Positions 33,101-41,411 of a stretch of DNA of 64,000 nt are shown here, in pieces. Each line of letters starts with the position of its first letter. Positions within the stretch are counted from its first letter, which is position 1. Below the pieces are notes generated by a model that was given only the letters and a program-made list of their open reading frames with translations, did not search any database and was not told the DNA's origin. The position numbers and the translations under genes were made by a program. This stretch comes from Bacteroidia bacterium (GTDB taxonomy: Bacteria > Bacteroidota > Bacteroidia > NS11-12g > UBA9320), in NCBI GenBank assembly GCA_965216465.1, contig CBDCFW010000001.1, forward strand, positions 319,020 through 383,019, in the 5' to 3' direction.

Positions 33101-36050
33101 TGTAGTTCCTCAAAATGTGGGAGACTCACTTTATTTAAGTGCACGATTTTTTAATTGCGGAAATGATAGCATTGCAACAGGAGACACTATTCGCATTACC
33201 TATGATATCATACTCGATGGATTAGATGATACTACCATTGTAGAAAATTACATGGGAGGATTGTTAGCCGGTGCCGATGAAACTTCACTTGTTTTATATG
33301 AAGTTCCACCACACGGAGACCACTTGTTACGCGTTACGCTTGATGAGCAAGATAGTGTTGCTGAAAGTAATGAGTTTAACAATCAGGCTCAATTCCCGCT
33401 TTGTTGGGATTTTGATATTCGTCATATTCCAAGCAGCGGAACACACTATGTAAATAATGTTGTGACGCTTGGATACTCATACGGAAATGAAGGTCTCTAC
33501 TCTGGCACAAATGTGAAAGTTGACATAACCATTGACGATACGAATGATGTTCGACAGAACATTGGATTCATCTATCCTACTGGAAAACAATACAAAGGCT
33601 ATGGCTCTGCCCCTCGCCCAACAAATACCTTCTCACATATATTCACAACCACGGGCTGGCATAAGATCTTCTTTGAAATTGACGCAGACTCATCTTACAT
33701 TGAATGTGATGAAACAAACAACATTGATTCGATGTGGATCTACATTTCAGAACAAGAAACCGATCTCCGCATATTGTCACATATGATTAATCCAACGGAG
33801 CTGAATCCAGACACCAATGAACTAGTTGACATTTACTTAACATTTGAAAATATTGGTCCTGTAACCAGCGATTCTGTTACGGTGAAATGTACCGTAAATG
33901 ATAGTCTCGTAGGTTCAATAATTAAAGTTCCTGGAATTGAATCTGGAGAAGACACCACAATCTTAGTCGATCAGCAATGGTCAGATTCAATGAACAGCAA
34001 TAGTGTTATTCGAGGCTATCTAGACATTTACGATGAAATAACAGAAACCAACGAGCTGAATAACATTGCATCGCGGGCGATAATTGTAGGGGCTTCGACC
34101 AATTTAAGAATTATTGATGTAGATTACGATCAATCACCTTGTTCGAACATTGAAGAGCTTCGTGATGTTATAGTTACCGTTATCAATGAAGGTGACAATG
34201 CGAACAATGCAGACATAGGAGTTCAATTTGATTTCTATTCCGGATCTTCGAGTATACCTAGCATTAAACCAAATATTGTATTTGCTATAGGTGATACTGT
34301 TGTGTTAACTTATGAAGATATACTTCCGCCGAATTACATAACAGGTACCAGCGATGTTTACACCTACGCATTTATTACCAATGTGGATGTGCCTGAATTC
34401 AACGAGCTCGATAACGATTATATTGACACGTTATGTACCCTTGATCTTGAAATCAATACAGAATTTACTTCACTCGACTGTTATAACGATAATGATGGTT
34501 CGGCCAATGTTGAATTGGTATATTACAAAGAATACGACGGAGATAACTTCATCTATTCTTGGAGAAACATTGATTCTGCTTCTGCAGATGTGATAAACAT
34601 TACCAACAACTTCAGAGATACCGTAAATAACCTATCGGCAGGAACTTATGTTATCACGGCTTATGATGGGTCAGGCAGGGATGTTAGTGATACCTTCACC
34701 ATCACTCAACCTAATGAACTTACTTGGACAAGCATGATAGACACCTCTGATTGTGCTGGTGCAGTATACCTTGATATTTCTGGAGGAATTCCTACAGATA
34801 CTTCGATTGTTGGATTGGATACCACATTTGGATATACTACAGCTTGGACCTGCCAAGATCCTTCTGTGCTAATACCATATCCTACTCAGGAAGATCTAAT
34901 ACAAGTACCTCCTGGGCAATATTATGTTACCATAACAGACGATAACGGTTGCGAAGGAAAAGACACCTTTAATTTAAGTTTAACTGTTGTTGACATTGCT
35001 GACTCAACAGAAATCAGTTCATGTGCTTACAAAGACACCTCTGATTGGACAACCGTTCTAAGAGTAGGGGAAAAACAACGAATTACTGACATCTTCGATG
35101 TACACCCAGATAGCACATCCGCAGGGGTTGATGTTCCAATAAATGATTCTGTTTACTTGGCTAACACCACGTATTATGCAGGAAGAATTTACCATCTGAT
35201 GGAAACCGATACGGTTGGTCGATCAAGCTTTAGTGTACGACTGTACTATACTCAAGGAGAAGTTGATTCTTTAATTGCTAAAAATGATAGTTTAAATAGT
35301 GTTAATGACATCGTAGTTCATCGTTATTTAGGAATTAACACGAACCTTGACATCTCAGATAATAGCACAGACACCTCAAATTGGTTTGAGTATATACCTA
35401 CAGTTGTTATGATTAACGGGAACTACCGTTTTGAAGTAATAACGGAAGACTTTGGAGAATTCTATCTATCTCATCAAACAGACACTCCTCTTAACGATGT
35501 ACCGGTGCCTGTAACCATGCTAAGCTTTGAAGCTTATGCAATTGACAATGATGGATTGTTAATATGGCAAACCGCTTCTGAAATAAACAACAGCCACTTT
35601 GAAGTTCAACGCAGCAAGGATGGCTTGAATTGGACAAAAATTGGTACTGTAGAAGGTAACGGTACAACCAACTCCATAAGCAGCTATAGCTATACTGACG
35701 TAGATGCCAAGTTCTTCTCTAACACTGTGATATACAGGTTAAGGCAAGTTGATTACGATAACCAATTCGCTTATACACAAGAGCGAATTATCGAATTTGG
35801 TGACGAAATTAATATGGTCGTTTATCCTGTTCCTGCACGAAACGAACTTCACCTTAAAGTAACCGAACGTGAACGCATTGAACGAATCGAAGTGTTGGGT
35901 ACTGGAGGCAATTATGTTGAACTTACGCAACCTGTAGCAACAAAAGGAAATGCTACAATAAATGTTGATCACCTGACATCTGGAATGTACTTTGTTAAAG
36001 TGACAACCAGCAAGTCAGTCTATTTAAGAAGATTTACGGTAATCCGTTAA
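24150..36050 (+). CDS. Giant (3966 aa) T9SS type A cargo: five right-handed beta-helix modules, CARDB/Ig domains, SprB-like repeat, CTD
   Basis: Signal peptide. Five ~440-aa repeats ending D.HA...L.NAG...C(I/L)G(A/S)DE. CARDB motifs (E.NE.NN). SprB-like NLSAGTYVIT...ITQP. C-terminal VYPVPA...SGMYFVKV...RRFTVIR. Confidence 0.9.
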   Translation: MGHLQKGLLKCCFSLLFTLFFSSSYAQLSGSYLIDPGGSGDFLTFTEAVDSLKSQGVSAAVTIEAKAGTYNEQFRINEIAGASSTNTITFVSETSTASDVIISFATISSSNYVVYLDSAKHVRFEDLTITSLGSSYTTTVLMARQIKNITFDSCVFNGKDIVSSSTNYAVIRAASLSQDSAFHLLNSQISEGSYGLFYDGNSSNRADYVQVSGNTFTGQSQDAGYFQYIDSLDILENQFSLAAGSKAINVDRSTAVNITKNIIQNDNGPYGIYLTSNPGTASKHIKIVNNSISVNRNSTCHGIYLYATDYTDISFNSILMGTSSNSSSNAIYIENYCEYLSLRNNNIFASGSGRALFVYSNSQVSTLTSDYNNYFASGSVPIYVNFGTYAGAYPDIASFTAATTLDSNSISVNPYFTAFGDLHAANGYLDNAGIAISSITTDIDDEARANPPCIGSDEFVGLAFTPLKGIYTIDSNGSGSRNFESFTSALAALDSFGVDSAVIFNVASDTFNEKVHMKAIIGSSAANTVTFRAASGNVDDVLIEDLVSSSANYTFWIQHSDHVSFRNITFKKNTVTYSTALLISGNASHLQFDSCKFIGYNTTSTSANFSTVRTSSLSNSSHFTFQNCSFINGGRALNLEGVNGGKLDSVTVFNNSFTDIGYAGMYLRYLDGADLDSNDHVAGTCTYGIYIDNVTGYLIKNNSVEISNGVHGISIRSSSGSASEHCSIINNNVSINRSNNCYGMYLYNSDYVDFYFNSIYLGASTISGSAGIYFDNYCEHLISKNNCIYSAGSGRAIYNYGHSTFSTFTSDHNNYYTTGLYVIRVDQGGNSGSYSSLASFISSTNKDSNSLTVNPYYTAFGDLHGANPYLDNAGTAISGISTDFEGDARSTPPCIGADEFIATPIVPMKGTYTIDSAGSGVRNFLSFTKAVAALDTFGIDSAVEFVVATDTFIEKVKLTQVNGTSEQNTITFRSASGNAADVMIEDLVSSSANYTFWIQNADHIVFKNITFKKNTATYSTALYISGNVNYLTLDSCQFIGRTTTSSSVNFSVLRTASLANNNHFTITNCSFENGSNGMYLSGSSTTSRLDSVVIANNTFSSFYYTGMHIRYCGAVTADSNTLSTSSTSYGIFFNNVRNYTVKRNTVVITNGAHGISLQSSSGTGGERCYVFNNSVSVNRTNTCHGFYLYNSDYIDLDFNSVYVGSSTNSSSTGFYMDIYCEFNELRNNNIYNSSAGLAYRNYGNTTFSTSNSDYNNFYTAGANVVYIQAGGFAGYYADLATYQAATTQDSNSIRVIPYYTSFGDLHASNPYLDNAGIAISGITTDFEGEVRSDPPCIGADEYDVPPIVPMKGIYTIDSAGSGSRNFLSFTEAVASLDTFGIDSNVVFVVASDTFIEKVKLTTVNGASAANTITFRSASGNADDVLVEDLVSSTANYSFWIEHADYITFKNISFKKDVATYSTALLLSGSVTNLTFDSCKFIGRSTTSTSNNMAVFRTSSMANNSNLVITNCTFENGSNSMYLFGASTSDRIDTVNLSNNTFLNFRNVGIFTAYIKDFVVESNSISTTIGNYAVRLENMNHFIFAQNDITSNSMDYGLFITSCNATSGNHNLIYNNSVSLNNSTTCHGMYIYNSDYSDFFYNSVYMGSSANSASNGLYIDIYTENIVLKNNSIYCNGPSRAIRNYGGSTLTTLHSDYNNWFTNGSVLIYVQTGGNAASYSDLSAYQLATSLDSNSVSVNPYYTAFGDLHASNPYLDNAGTDIPSVTSDFDGDGRSDPPCIGADEFAVPPIVPLSGDYTIDSSGIGATNFLSFTDAFAALDTFGIDGVVRFLVASDTFNEQPALNRVNGSSPSNTITFLSASGDNDVLVNTDAATSSNNYTMSITHADYIAFKHINFKNSTSANYNTVMYLGGTVSNLIIDSCNFTGKSTTSTGDAYNLIHAQLNTDSVNVIRNSNFYNGSRAIRYYSAGTSNRGQNITFQNDSAFDFSYTGIQVYYVHNLDVSNCYFSTSVSGSRGITIDQGARFTFSKNKIWLQNGSRGIKVYSSDGTSSARSLIANNFIYSNNTFTYGIDNQYCDYLDVYHNSVYLGASTNSNSICNYVYTVNNVNNHNNIFMNSGTGRALYLQSPGGVASDYNDLFTNGTNLCATSSTNYTTLAAWITFGKDSNSLNVDPSFVSTSDLHASTTDLYNAGKESVRTVVPDDIDDDLRSVNKPCLGADEFTPFFAHDVSIYNLITPTTECGLTKVPIRVEIKNTGNSSEDTIPLAYSLNGGSIVIDTMFTNIGPNATATFEFPDSIDVTGLSTFDFKIYTSLSTDGNSANDTSDATYTNHSAWTHTLTNDTSICYGSNIILQATGANYFTWSNGRTTSYNSVNIYGDVSYSVIMENLLGCLRYDTVNITVKSKPSLTFTGETGFSNSFTDPDVATSSTPITFKVKYTHSENSAPSSGYPYAQLDRNNNYVFNDFTDLSYGTIEEDADDTDYTDGKIYLVTTTLPEYDFYRTRFYAESENGCMSASSYRSEPLIDNDLVDLKIWANDISFSDINPDTNEIISISATIHNTSNYDAESFDVRMYEEDTLRYTTQVTRLLANTDTTITWYHSFPIDEFYPIRVVVDTLDAIEEDNEGNNFAIRPVLVGDFALSASIIFNANFTDTTPCKGTYLSYSGTANYDSVASSDTRVQGATIEFEINETGAKYQTYTNSNGEASLSFRAPTATGTYTISGTITDYTLISTFEDTFTVVDCYNPYDIMATIEFDSTVVVQGDSSNGMATIKNIGDSTVRDFATKAFSNFHGQLFDTTLAELKPDSSITIPLKQIFTTIGTYAAQIHTDYTHKYSERSESNNYDVHYVKVLNPLPDIQPVIHHRYTSNLNTPYNLAYTIYNHGGSSTGLFYVNIFDSTSSGKVLLTRDTVPNLGRCASKGYGQTYSLTPSGCHRLIVEADTNASSGGIVVEFDETNNEDDITLCHVDPILTPDLFTASGYLDVQPVVPQNVGDSLYLSARFFNCGNDSIATGDTIRITYDIILDGLDDTTIVENYMGGLLAGADETSLVLYEVPPHGDHLLRVTLDEQDSVAESNEFNNQAQFPLCWDFDIRHIPSSGTHYVNNVVTLGYSYGNEGLYSGTNVKVDITIDDTNDVRQNIGFIYPTGKQYKGYGSAPRPTNTFSHIFTTTGWHKIFFEIDADSSYIECDETNNIDSMWIYISEQETDLRILSHMINPTELNPDTNELVDIYLTFENIGPVTSDSVTVKCTVNDSLVGSIIKVPGIESGEDTTILVDQQWSDSMNSNSVIRGYLDIYDEITETNELNNIASRAIIVGASTNLRIIDVDYDQSPCSNIEELRDVIVTVINEGDNANNADIGVQFDFYSGSSSIPSIKPNIVFAIGDTVVLTYEDILPPNYITGTSDVYTYAFITNVDVPEFNELDNDYIDTLCTLDLEINTEFTSLDCYNDNDGSANVELVYYKEYDGDNFIYSWRNIDSASADVINITNNFRDTVNNLSAGTYVITAYDGSGRDVSDTFTITQPNELTWTSMIDTSDCAGAVYLDISGGIPTDTSIVGLDTTFGYTTAWTCQDPSVLIPYPTQEDLIQVPPGQYYVTITDDNGCEGKDTFNLSLTVVDIADSTEISSCAYKDTSDWTTVLRVGEKQRITDIFDVHPDSTSAGVDVPINDSVYLANTTYYAGRIYHLMETDTVGRSSFSVRLYYTQGEVDSLIAKNDSLNSVNDIVVHRYLGINTNLDISDNSTDTSNWFEYIPTVVMINGNYRFEVITEDFGEFYLSHQTDTPLNDVPVPVTMLSFEAYAIDNDGLLIWQTASEINNSHFEVQRSKDGLNWTKIGTVEGNGTTNSISSYSYTDVDAKFFSNTVIYRLRQVDYDNQFAYTQERIIEFGDEINMVVYPVPARNELHLKVTERERIERIEVLGTGGNYVELTQPVATKGNATINVDHLTSGMYFVKVTTSKSVYLRRFTVIR
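24228..30815 (+). repeat. Five tandem intragenic ~1.3-kb repeats
   Basis: Unit starts near 24228, 25545, 26865, 28190 and 29515 (LSGSYLID / LKGIYTID / MKGTYTID / MKGIYTID / LSGDYTID). Recurring EDLVSS.ANY.FWI and PYYT.FGDLH..NPYLDNAG. Confidence 0.85.
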
Positions 36051-36427
36051 TTCTCCTTAAATCCGTTTTCAATCCAGCATTCTAAGATGGTAATTTCGCC
36101 ATCGGAAAGCTTGTTACCGTTTTTAGGCATGGGCTCTGCCCCTGCCTCATGACGGACAGCTTTCAAGAATCTGTCTTGCTCTGCTACTGTTTTTACTTCT
36201 GAATAACTAGCAAGATAAACATTGCCAGCTCCAGCTCCACCGTGGCAATAGGCGGTAGCACAATTGTTGTCAATCACCGCTTTAACCACTGAGTTGTATG
36301 ATACATCTAAGGTATCACAAACACTTCCAGTTTGGTTATTGTTGTTGTCGCCTGGCGTTGAAGTATCGTCTTTACATGAGAAAAATGCAACGCTTACCGT
36401 GATTAAAAGTATAGTTATGTATTTCAT
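36047..36427 (-). CDS. Lipoprotein with a c-type cytochrome-like domain (CX4CH)
   Basis: Lipobox FFSC, CATAYCH, MPK (candidate axial Met) and L...EI..LECWIENG. Confidence 0.7.
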   Translation of the reverse strand: MKYITILLITVSVAFFSCKDDTSTPGDNNNNQTGSVCDTLDVSYNSVVKAVIDNNCATAYCHGGAGAGNVYLASYSEVKTVAEQDRFLKAVRHEAGAEPMPKNGNKLSDGEITILECWIENGFKEN

Positions 36428-36549
36428 ATTTTTTCTTTTGAGAACCGCTTTCAGAAGATGAATACTATTCTGTAATTCTATCTGTACGATTGTTCTTAAC
36501 GTGGGTAAAAATAACAATTACTCCATTTTTCTATGTATAGATTTGCACC

Positions 36550-37557
36550 GTGCTGATCAAAAAAAGAGATTTATCACTAAAGAATTACAATACATTTGGA
36601 ATTGACGTCAATGCACATACTGTAATTTTTCTTGACAACCTTGAAGACATTGAACGAATAGAAAATTTAGGCTCTTGTTTCTTTTTAGGAGGAGGAAGTA
36701 ACGTGCTTCTCACCAGTGACATTGAAAAAACGGTAGTCATAAACCAGCTGAAAGGCATTAAGGTGATCGAAGAGTCTGATTCTACAATTTCTTTAGAAAT
36801 AGCTTCTGGTGAGAACTGGCATGACTTTGTTCTTTATTGCGTAGATAACAACTATGGAGGGATAGAGAATATGAGTTTAATTCCTGGGTCAGTTGGTGCG
36901 GCACCTATGCAAAATATCGGAGCATATGGCGTCGAAATTAAAGATGTATTGAATTATGTAAAAGCCATCAATCTAGAGACTAAAAACGAAGAGCAATTCT
37001 CCAATGCAGAATGCAAATTTGGATATCGTGAGAGTATCTTCAAAAAGGAAGCTAAGAATAAGTATTTCATCAGCGCTATTGGAATAACCTTAACAAAAAC
37101 CAATCATAAGTTGAACACATCCTATGGTGCAATTTCTGATGTTCTTAATGATAATGGCATAAATCAACCTTCAATTAAAGATATTAGCAATGCTGTGATT
37201 GCGATTCGACAATCAAAATTACCTGATCCGAAAGAGTTAGGTAACTCTGGAAGCTTTTTTAAGAATCCAATAATTTCAAAAAATCATTTTGAACAATTAA
37301 AAATTAAATTCCCAAACATCAAAAGCTACCCGGCTGGAAATGAGCATGTTAAAGTGCCTGCAGGTTGGTTAATTGAAAGCTTAGGCTGGAAAGGCAAAAG
37401 AATTGGAAACACAGGAAGTCACAAAAACCAAGCCCTTGTTTTAGTTAACTACGGAAACGTAAAAGGTGAGGAAGTAAAAGCACTTAGTGAAGACATAAAA
37501 AAGAGTGTTTGGGACACCTACCAAATTCAATTGGAAACGGAAGTAAATATTATCTAG
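36550..37557 (+). CDS. murB: UDP-N-acetylmuramate dehydrogenase
   Basis: YNTFGI, LGGGSNVL, IPGSVGAAPMQNIGAYGVE, FGYRESIFK, GNSGSFFKNP and QALVLVN. Confidence 0.97.
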   Translation: MLIKKRDLSLKNYNTFGIDVNAHTVIFLDNLEDIERIENLGSCFFLGGGSNVLLTSDIEKTVVINQLKGIKVIEESDSTISLEIASGENWHDFVLYCVDNNYGGIENMSLIPGSVGAAPMQNIGAYGVEIKDVLNYVKAINLETKNEEQFSNAECKFGYRESIFKKEAKNKYFISAIGITLTKTNHKLNTSYGAISDVLNDNGINQPSIKDISNAVIAIRQSKLPDPKELGNSGSFFKNPIISKNHFEQLKIKFPNIKSYPAGNEHVKVPAGWLIESLGWKGKRIGNTGSHKNQALVLVNYGNVKGEEVKALSEDIKKSVWDTYQIQLETEVNII

Positions 37558-37639
37558 GTAGAAGATTCTAGATTAACTAAGTTTGTATTCGACAGAATGC
37601 AAAATATCTAAGCATCCTTCTCGTTTACTTACAAGAATC

Positions 37640-38077
37640 ATGAAATTAACAAACACCTTAAAATCTTTTCTTATTATAGCATTTCTTTCATGCTTTTCAA
37701 TTGCAAATGCTCAAACTAGCAATTACGTTGGCTTATGGGAGGGTACATCCCAAGGAGAATTAGGTAAAATCAACATGTCTGAAACGGGTTTCGCTTATTT
37801 CATAATTAAGGGAGATACTTTTGGAGGTGAGTCATTTAATATTGGTGAGGTTAATGCATCTTTGGTCTACGAAATCAATCAAACTACTTCTCCTAACACC
37901 ATTGATTTTATTGTAATCGAAAAGACTACAAAGCAAGAAATCCGAAGGCTCGTAGGAATAATTAAACAAGATGACTTAAATACCATCACGATCAATATTT
38001 CATTCGGACAATCAACTCGTCCTACCGAATTCACAGAAGAAGATTCTATGACTTTGAAAAGGGTTTCTCAGCCCTAG
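37640..38077 (+). CDS. Hypothetical exported protein (lipocalin-like small beta protein)
   Basis: Signal peptide ...SIANA-Q, followed by VGLWEG and PNTIDF. Confidence 0.65.
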   Translation: MKLTNTLKSFLIIAFLSCFSIANAQTSNYVGLWEGTSQGELGKINMSETGFAYFIIKGDTFGGESFNIGEVNASLVYEINQTTSPNTIDFIVIEKTTKQEIRRLVGIIKQDDLNTITINISFGQSTRPTEFTEEDSMTLKRVSQP

Positions 38078-38206
38078 CTCATTTTTAAACAATCTAAATA
38101 TCCTTTTCTATACTATTCTATATTGAAAAGGATACTACAAACCAATATACTGGTCTTATCTTTGAAGTTCAGATATTTACCCTCGATTTCTGAAGATAAT
38201 TACTAT

Positions 38207-38614
38207 ATGAAAAAACTTTTCAAGAGGCTACTATTTAAAAGCCACGAAATTGTTGATTGGAGTTCAATTGACTTAGTCGTGGGCAAAAAAGAAAAGAAAC
38301 TTATTGAAGAATTTGCATCTCAAACTTCAGATGAACGGATGCAAGATATCATGCTTATGGGCGATTCTGGAGACGCTTCTTTTTTTCAAGTTCTTCAGTA
38401 CGCAATATTATATGACAACGATTACAACGTGAAATTTTCCGCATTAAAGCGAATTCATCTCTACAAGGATCATCCAAGCTTACTTCCCATGATGCAAAAG
38501 CTAAGAGATGAAAATAAAGCTCAACAAATGGAACCCTATTATTCTATGGCTTTAAATCGTCTGGGGTTAATTAACATTGATGAGTTTTCACAACGTATTT
38601 CTTCAGAATCATAA
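38207..38614 (+). CDS. Hypothetical helical (HEAT-like) protein
   Basis: In-frame ATG at 38207. Amphipathic helices with D.DYNVKFSALKRI. Confidence 0.6.
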   Translation: MKKLFKRLLFKSHEIVDWSSIDLVVGKKEKKLIEEFASQTSDERMQDIMLMGDSGDASFFQVLQYAILYDNDYNVKFSALKRIHLYKDHPSLLPMMQKLRDENKAQQMEPYYSMALNRLGLINIDEFSQRISSES

Positions 38615-39370
38615 TTGAATTTCGAGCTGGTCGTAAGCTAGGTTCATACCTCGAGGTAACTCGGTTTCAACCTCATCGTGTAAGCCCATTTGGTGGCTGA
38701 TGTGTGTGAAGTACACCTGTTCGACTTCAAGTTCTTGTCCTAAAGCAATCGCTTGATCCAGGGTAAAGTGTGAAATATGATCGGTCTTTCTAAGTGCATT
38801 CAGCACCAGAACTTTACTGCCTTTGATCTTTTCTTTTTCTTCTTCAGGAATATAGTTCGCATCTGTGATGTAAGTGAAGTCTCCAATACGAAATCCTAAG
38901 ACGGGTAACTTGTAGTGCAAAACCTGAATAGGAATAATTTCTACCCCGTTGATCGTAAAAGGATTATTATCAATTATATGGAGGTTAAGATCAGGTACAC
39001 CTGGATACTTATTTTCTTCAAATGCATAATAAAAGTCCCTTTTCAAAACAACTTCAACGAACTTATCTCCATACACATCCATAGCACGCTGCTGAACATA
39101 GTTAAATGCCCTAATATCATCAAAACCTGCCGTGTGGTCTTTATGTCCGTGAGTGAACAATACTGCATCCATCTTACGTGTTTTTGCACGTAACATTTGC
39201 TGACGAAAATCTGGCCCAGTATCGATTACAAGGTTTACTCCACTAACTTCAATTAGAACACTGCTTCTCAGTCTTTTATCTTTGTCATTTGATGATGTGC
39301 AAACCTTACATTGACAAGCAATAATGGGTACGCCTTGAGATGTTCCTGTTCCTAAAAAAGTTACCTTCAC
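38609..39370 (-). CDS. MBL-fold metallo-hydrolase (PhnP family)
   Basis: FLGTGTSQGVP..C.C.VC, RLRSS, IDTGPDFRQQ, THGHKDH, SHF and THISH. Confidence 0.92.
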   Translation of the reverse strand: MKVTFLGTGTSQGVPIIACQCKVCTSSNDKDKRLRSSVLIEVSGVNLVIDTGPDFRQQMLRAKTRKMDAVLFTHGHKDHTAGFDDIRAFNYVQQRAMDVYGDKFVEVVLKRDFYYAFEENKYPGVPDLNLHIIDNNPFTINGVEIIPIQVLHYKLPVLGFRIGDFTYITDANYIPEEEKEKIKGSKVLVLNALRKTDHISHFTLDQAIALGQELEVEQVYFTHISHQMGLHDEVETELPRGMNLAYDQLEIQL

Positions 39371-39386
39371 TGAAACAAAGATAATT

Positions 39387-41303
39387 CTATTGTGCACCGA
39401 AAAAACCTTCGAGTGATTTTTTAAAATCTTGCGTTTGGGGAGCTACTTGATTTTGCATATAAGTGGTTGCCTGTTCAGATAGAAACCATCCTAAAGGAAT
39501 GATTTTTTCATCGCTTCGATCAAGGTTAATAAAGCTTGCTTGATCTCCGTTATAAAGGTTGTTTAGCTTTGTACTGTGCTCATCGTAATAACCACTGTTT
39601 ATCCAAACCTTTGAAAATGTATTTAAAGGACCAATCACTTCATTCATGCCACTCAAGGCTGTACTGTACTCCTCTTTTGTGTTCTTAATGAAAAGTAATT
39701 TAAACTTAACCTTATACCCTTTCTTCTTAGCCAAAGAATGGAGATAATCGTAGAGTTCTAGCATAGCCGTCGCCCCCATATTTTCGACATATCCACCGTC
39801 AACAAGATGCCCCCATTTTTTCCCATTTTTATCGTATACCAATGCTGGCGGTGTAATGAACGGAAAGCGAGAACAAACCGATACCGCAGTACTAATTGGA
39901 ACATCGGTTTGAGTAACATCAAAGAAATCTTCAGAAAGTGCAAAAACTTCTGGATCTGCTTTCACATTCGACAATATTGTTCTAAAACCATTCTCCGCTC
40001 GTGTTGAGTTAAAAAGATAAATACAATCATCATTTTGATACGTTTCAAGGAAGCCTGTTTTCAATATTTCTTTGCCGTAAGGTTCTGTTGCTCGCTCCCA
40101 CGAATACTCCAAGGCCTTTGCACGATCTACTGCATTTACCGGAAAAGGAAGAAACTTTTGGACCAAATCAGGCACAACTAACCAAGACGATACAGGTGAT
40201 AAAAAATCTTGACTTAACACATTGTGCGATGCCATTTTTAACTCCTCTACATCATAATGCTCTAAACCTTTGTAAGTCGCTACTCCTAAGCTCCCACCAG
40301 AAACAGCACTGTATGCATAGGTATGATGTTCAAACCTTGAATCACGCTCTGATAATTCACTAAGTACTTGAGCCAGCCAATATGCTGAGCGTACGCCTCC
40401 ACCTTGTCCGGCAACCATAAACACGGGCACCGAATCTTGGTCTCGATTCAGTCTTTTGTGATACCATTGTTCAAAATGTGCTTCTATGGTAGGTCGCTCA
40501 TCTACTTTATTGTCTAATGTTCTTATTCTGTGATTGTTGTTAAAGAAACTAAACCCTATGACCATAACCACTATAGTAAAAGAAAAAGGAAAATGAAATC
40601 GTTTCTCTGCATAATCGAGCAGTGTTGCTATTACCAGCCACGAACCTAGAGCGAATAGAATGATGGCAGAAGCACCAAGAAAGTTTGGAAATCGCACAGG
40701 AAAGAGAATTACCAGTGTGAATACAACACTCAATACAAAAAATCTAAACCAAATCCATTTCCCTTGCTTAGCCCATATAAACTTGGCAGGATAGGCTTCA
40801 TTTTTGATAGGCACATAGTCTGGTATATTTAACCACTTTATGCTATTTCGACTGAGAAAGAGGACGATTATTTCTTTTCGGAGGTGAAAGAAAACATAGA
40901 GCCATGCTCCCATCGATATACACACATAAATCAACGGGTTTGACCATCCAGTCACGCTAAATAATCCATATGCAAATATGACAATAGGCATTACGCCTAA
41001 TAACCGAGGAATTAAAACTTGAGCCTGTAATCCGTACTTCTTGCTATATTGAACAAAGTTGAAAGATGAAAAGTGAAGTATGACTCTAGAAGACCTCCAA
41101 CTTTGCCAGCTCCACCAAAGTAAAGCTAGAAGTACAAACCAAGTGTGGGATACCACTTGAGAAGTTCCAATAAAACTAAGCGACAACAAGATATCCTTGC
41201 CTTGTTCCATCACCACAAGACCGACCACGCCAATAAGTTGAAATAACAGAATAATCCAACACGACTTAAGAACGATATAGTAATTAAATATGCGTCGCAG
41301 CAT
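39387..41303 (-). CDS. Membrane-anchored patatin-like phospholipase
   Basis: N-terminal multi-TM region, GQGGGVRSA oxyanion loop, SAVSGGSLG nucleophile motif, SRFPFITP and VDGGYVEN. Confidence 0.8.
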   Translation of the reverse strand: MLRRIFNYYIVLKSCWIILLFQLIGVVGLVVMEQGKDILLSLSFIGTSQVVSHTWFVLLALLWWSWQSWRSSRVILHFSSFNFVQYSKKYGLQAQVLIPRLLGVMPIVIFAYGLFSVTGWSNPLIYVCISMGAWLYVFFHLRKEIIVLFLSRNSIKWLNIPDYVPIKNEAYPAKFIWAKQGKWIWFRFFVLSVVFTLVILFPVRFPNFLGASAIILFALGSWLVIATLLDYAEKRFHFPFSFTIVVMVIGFSFFNNNHRIRTLDNKVDERPTIEAHFEQWYHKRLNRDQDSVPVFMVAGQGGGVRSAYWLAQVLSELSERDSRFEHHTYAYSAVSGGSLGVATYKGLEHYDVEELKMASHNVLSQDFLSPVSSWLVVPDLVQKFLPFPVNAVDRAKALEYSWERATEPYGKEILKTGFLETYQNDDCIYLFNSTRAENGFRTILSNVKADPEVFALSEDFFDVTQTDVPISTAVSVCSRFPFITPPALVYDKNGKKWGHLVDGGYVENMGATAMLELYDYLHSLAKKKGYKVKFKLLFIKNTKEEYSTALSGMNEVIGPLNTFSKVWINSGYYDEHSTKLNNLYNGDQASFINLDRSDEKIIPLGWFLSEQATTYMQNQVAPQTQDFKKSLEGFFGAQ

Positions 41304-41411
41304 CTCTCGTAAAGATAACGAATTTTATGCTATCTTCCTTATAGTCAATCAAATAATTACACTAATTTGATTTACCAACGGAATAATTGAAACCGATTAT
41401 TTTTGTATGGT

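Noticed and set aside
38609-41303. Patatin plus MBL hydrolase as an anti-phage (CBASS/Pycsar-like) system
   Set aside because: No cyclase or other defence gene nearby. The MBL protein is the ordinary PhnP-like type.
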